Shown: piece after piece, positions 61,901-64,000 of the stretch
Numbering within the stretch: the first letter of the stretch is position 1
Layout of the letters: the number at the start of each line of letters is the position of its first letter
From: Zygnema circumcarinatum SAG 698-1b
Taxonomy: Eukaryota; Plantae; Zygnematophyceae
DNA: 64,000 bases
Direction of reading: 5' to 3'
Assembly: GCA_037447605.1 (NCBI GenBank)
Contig: CM074804.1
Location: 6,425,909 to 6,489,908, forward strand
Made by a program: the position numbers and the translations under genes
The notes under the pieces: generated by a model
What the model saw: the letters and a program-made list of their open reading frames with translations, nothing else
What the model was told of the DNA's origin: nothing
Database searches by the model: none

Positions 61901-62705
61901 AGATCCGTTTGTCAACCACCTTGTTTATTTCAATAAAAACAACAAAGACGTGCTCTCGTCGTCCGTCACAGTAGCATTCTGTAATATTTCTACATCATAC
62001 ACTTAGCATTCGGTTTCTGGACACACAAGGGGAGGTAGACGCTAAACGATAAAAGTCCAACCAAACGCCCGACAACTGGCAAAAGTAATGAACTTGTTTA
62101 CAAAACAAATGATTCTCATCTGATAACTCTTATTCCAAATCGATGATGTTTCGATAGAACACTCTATTATTATCGTTCTTAATGAACCCATGGGTAGGGC
62201 ATGGGACAAAAATGGACTGAACAACAATTCAGCATATCGATATCCAATTAACATCGCAGCTTTCTTCCTTTGGCTATCCATTCAGCCACTTTACAGGCTT
62301 GTACATTCGCAAGATACCGTTTCTAGCTGAAGCTAATTCCATCTATCAAGAGAGAAGAATTAGCGAGCGGAAACACAAGTAAACGGTCCACCCTTTTCAG
62401 GAAATTGAAAGCGAGGTTTTCTTGAATGGGAATGTTCGGTTCAGAGCTTTAAACATGCTCCAATACCAATGCTTCCTGAACGACCTTAAAAATTAGACAA
62501 CGAGACACAACCTGCTTCCAGAGCTTGGCCGAATTGCACGCAAGTAAAATGAGAGGTGTACAGATAAATTACCATACCTGAACCGAGGTTTAAGCAGCTG
62601 CATGCTCCGACTAAATTCAGCACGCTGCTGGGAAGAAACCGAGCCGTCAGCCAAACTGAGAGAAACCTGGACGATCGCCTGCAAGGCATCCCTTTCAGAC
62701 GTCAT
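43966..62705 (-). CDS. NUP205: Nuclear pore complex protein NUP205, many exons over about 18.7 kb
   Basis: The N-terminus MTSERDALQAIVQ...QQRAEFSRSM|..LLSRPPPKPEDKLQVQRKQVQLPDG...IALKMSEDYNLNELECVRLL...NELNREDANGVG...VVQQERCKLAECL is co-linear with plant NUP205. Internal ESRLEQYPSTLSYINL and AYKDVSEKWQIA motifs are present. The last exon, 43966-44046, reads QGKLEGNVEHLRRL...DM*. Confidence 0.92.
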
Positions 62706-62760
62706 TTTTTCTGGCTGCTCCACCAACGCAGCAAGAGACGAAGCTCCTCGGAGCTCGTTC

Positions 62761-62826
62761 CCTCTCCCTCCTCCCTCCTCCCTCCTCCCTCCTCCCTCCT
62801 CCCTCCTCCCTCCTCCCTCTCCCTCC
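62761..62826. repeat. (CCCTCCT)n heptamer repeat upstream of the NUP205 ATG
   Basis: Directly visible; same unit as 498-552. Confidence 0.95.
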
Positions 62827-63700
62827 ACAGCCCTCCCGGCAGACGCAGGCAGCTGCGACGCGGGGTGGCGCCAGGCGGACGAAAAAGAGCGCGAAACGAG
62901 GCCCGGCTCTAAACACCACAGTTGCGTTGGGCGCTGAATTGGCCTGTCGCGCCACGGAACGGCGCCGCATAGATCGCGGTGGTGGCCCTCGGGGAGCAGG
63001 CCTCGCCGGGCTCTGCCTGCCTCTCTGCCTGCTTGTGGTGGTGGTGGTGTACGGGGACGGCCATGCTCGACTTGCGCTTCACCACTGCACAGGCTTATTC
63101 CCGTCGCAAGCTCTTAAAGAAAAAGAAAGAGCTTCAAAGAAAAAGAAAGAAAGAGGCAGTGGCAGCTTTCATGCCACTTCCTTTCTTTTTTTTCAAAGAC
63201 GATTGGGCGGTCGGTTGAGCCATAAATCATAGTTGCCCTACAGTGCAATCTGCCGGAGTCATCATCTTCGACCGACTGATTGAGACTCTTCTGAGTTTGC
63301 GGGGCAGTCAAAGTACTTGTTCGGTTGAGGCGTCATGCAGAATGGTTAGAGTTCTATTTCCAATTCAATGTTCGTCGGTAACATCAGTGGCTTCCAATGC
63401 AAGCTGCTATGCTAGTATACAGAATGGGCTGATGCATCCACGCACTCCTTCATTGCCGGATAGCATGGCAACACATAAACTTAAGTTACACTGAACAGCA
63501 AATACCATCAAGCATCAATGCTTTTGCCAAACTTGTCGAAACTTGATTATCAAGCACGAACCCAATACCACTCGTTTTAATATCTTCACAACAACTCACA
63601 ACCACCTAATACGGTAAACAGCTCCTGCACTCCTATAGTAAATCAATTGCTTTCAGAATACAAGCTGCAGTATTCCTGGCGCATTTCTTTCATTGTCGCT

Positions 63701-64000
63701 TTACGCAGCGGGAGCAATCAGCAGAGTTCCCTCGACACTATTTACTGAGTTAAGACTCAACCGCTCGAAGACTTTCTTTGTAGTCAACTTGAGGCTGCTG
63801 CAGACCTTACTCTTCCCTCCAATCGTCGGTTCCAGCACTTCTGGTTTTCCTGCCAAGAATTGAGATGAACTTTGAACCAAGCAAAGAACATCCTCCATTT
63901 TGTGCCTTCCTGGTCGTCGGCTGGAAGGAAGGTCTCGTTTAAAGAGCCTCCGCAGGTTGAGAAACTCGTGCTTTGGAAGCTTGAACGCAGGTAGTTTCAG
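63701..64000 (-). CDS. Probable terminal exon of an unidentified gene that starts beyond the right edge
   Basis: The frame is open from 64000 to the stop at 63701 (LKLPAFKLPKHEFLNLRRLF...LLIAPAA*). No recognisable domain. Confidence 0.4.
   Translation of the reverse strand: MKLPAFKLPKHEFLNLRRLFKRDLPSSRRPGRHKMEDVLCLVQSSSQFLAGKPEVLEPTIGGKSKVCSSLKLTTKKVFERLSLNSVNSVEGTLLIAPAA

Overview
Eukaryotic, intron-rich nuclear DNA from a green plant lineage, most consistent with a streptophyte (charophyte-type) alga. This is inferred from land-plant-like ASI1, BRAF, SAC3B and NUP205 genes together with an algal-type nuclear cysA/SABC. The window opens with a gapped, partly duplicated ASI1-like BAH gene (1-1939). 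An LTR-retrotransposon island follows (2040-8350): an internally deleted Copia with its 3' LTR, an inverted solo LTR with a 5-bp TSD, and a decayed Ty3/Gypsy. The compact gene block after it holds a nuclear sulfate ABC ATPase (cysA/SABC), a BRAF-like BRO1 protein, SAC3B/GANP, an FMP42/SLC43-like MFS transporter, a P-type PPR protein, an intron-poor PEPKR/CDPK-like kinase, NUP205, and the probable last exon of an off-window gene. Several MITEs sit in intergenic spaces. The most notable non-coding patterns are a recurring ERSE-type composite (CCAAT-N9-CCACG) in promoters of unrelated genes, with a CCTAT variant twice per Copia LTR, and G-rich purine tracts on the sense strand of 5' leaders. There is also a possible methyltransferase-like extra domain inside the Gypsy and a tail-to-tail LTR pair able to form a long hairpin. 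Homology calls come from motif recognition by eye, not database searches, and exon boundaries are manual.
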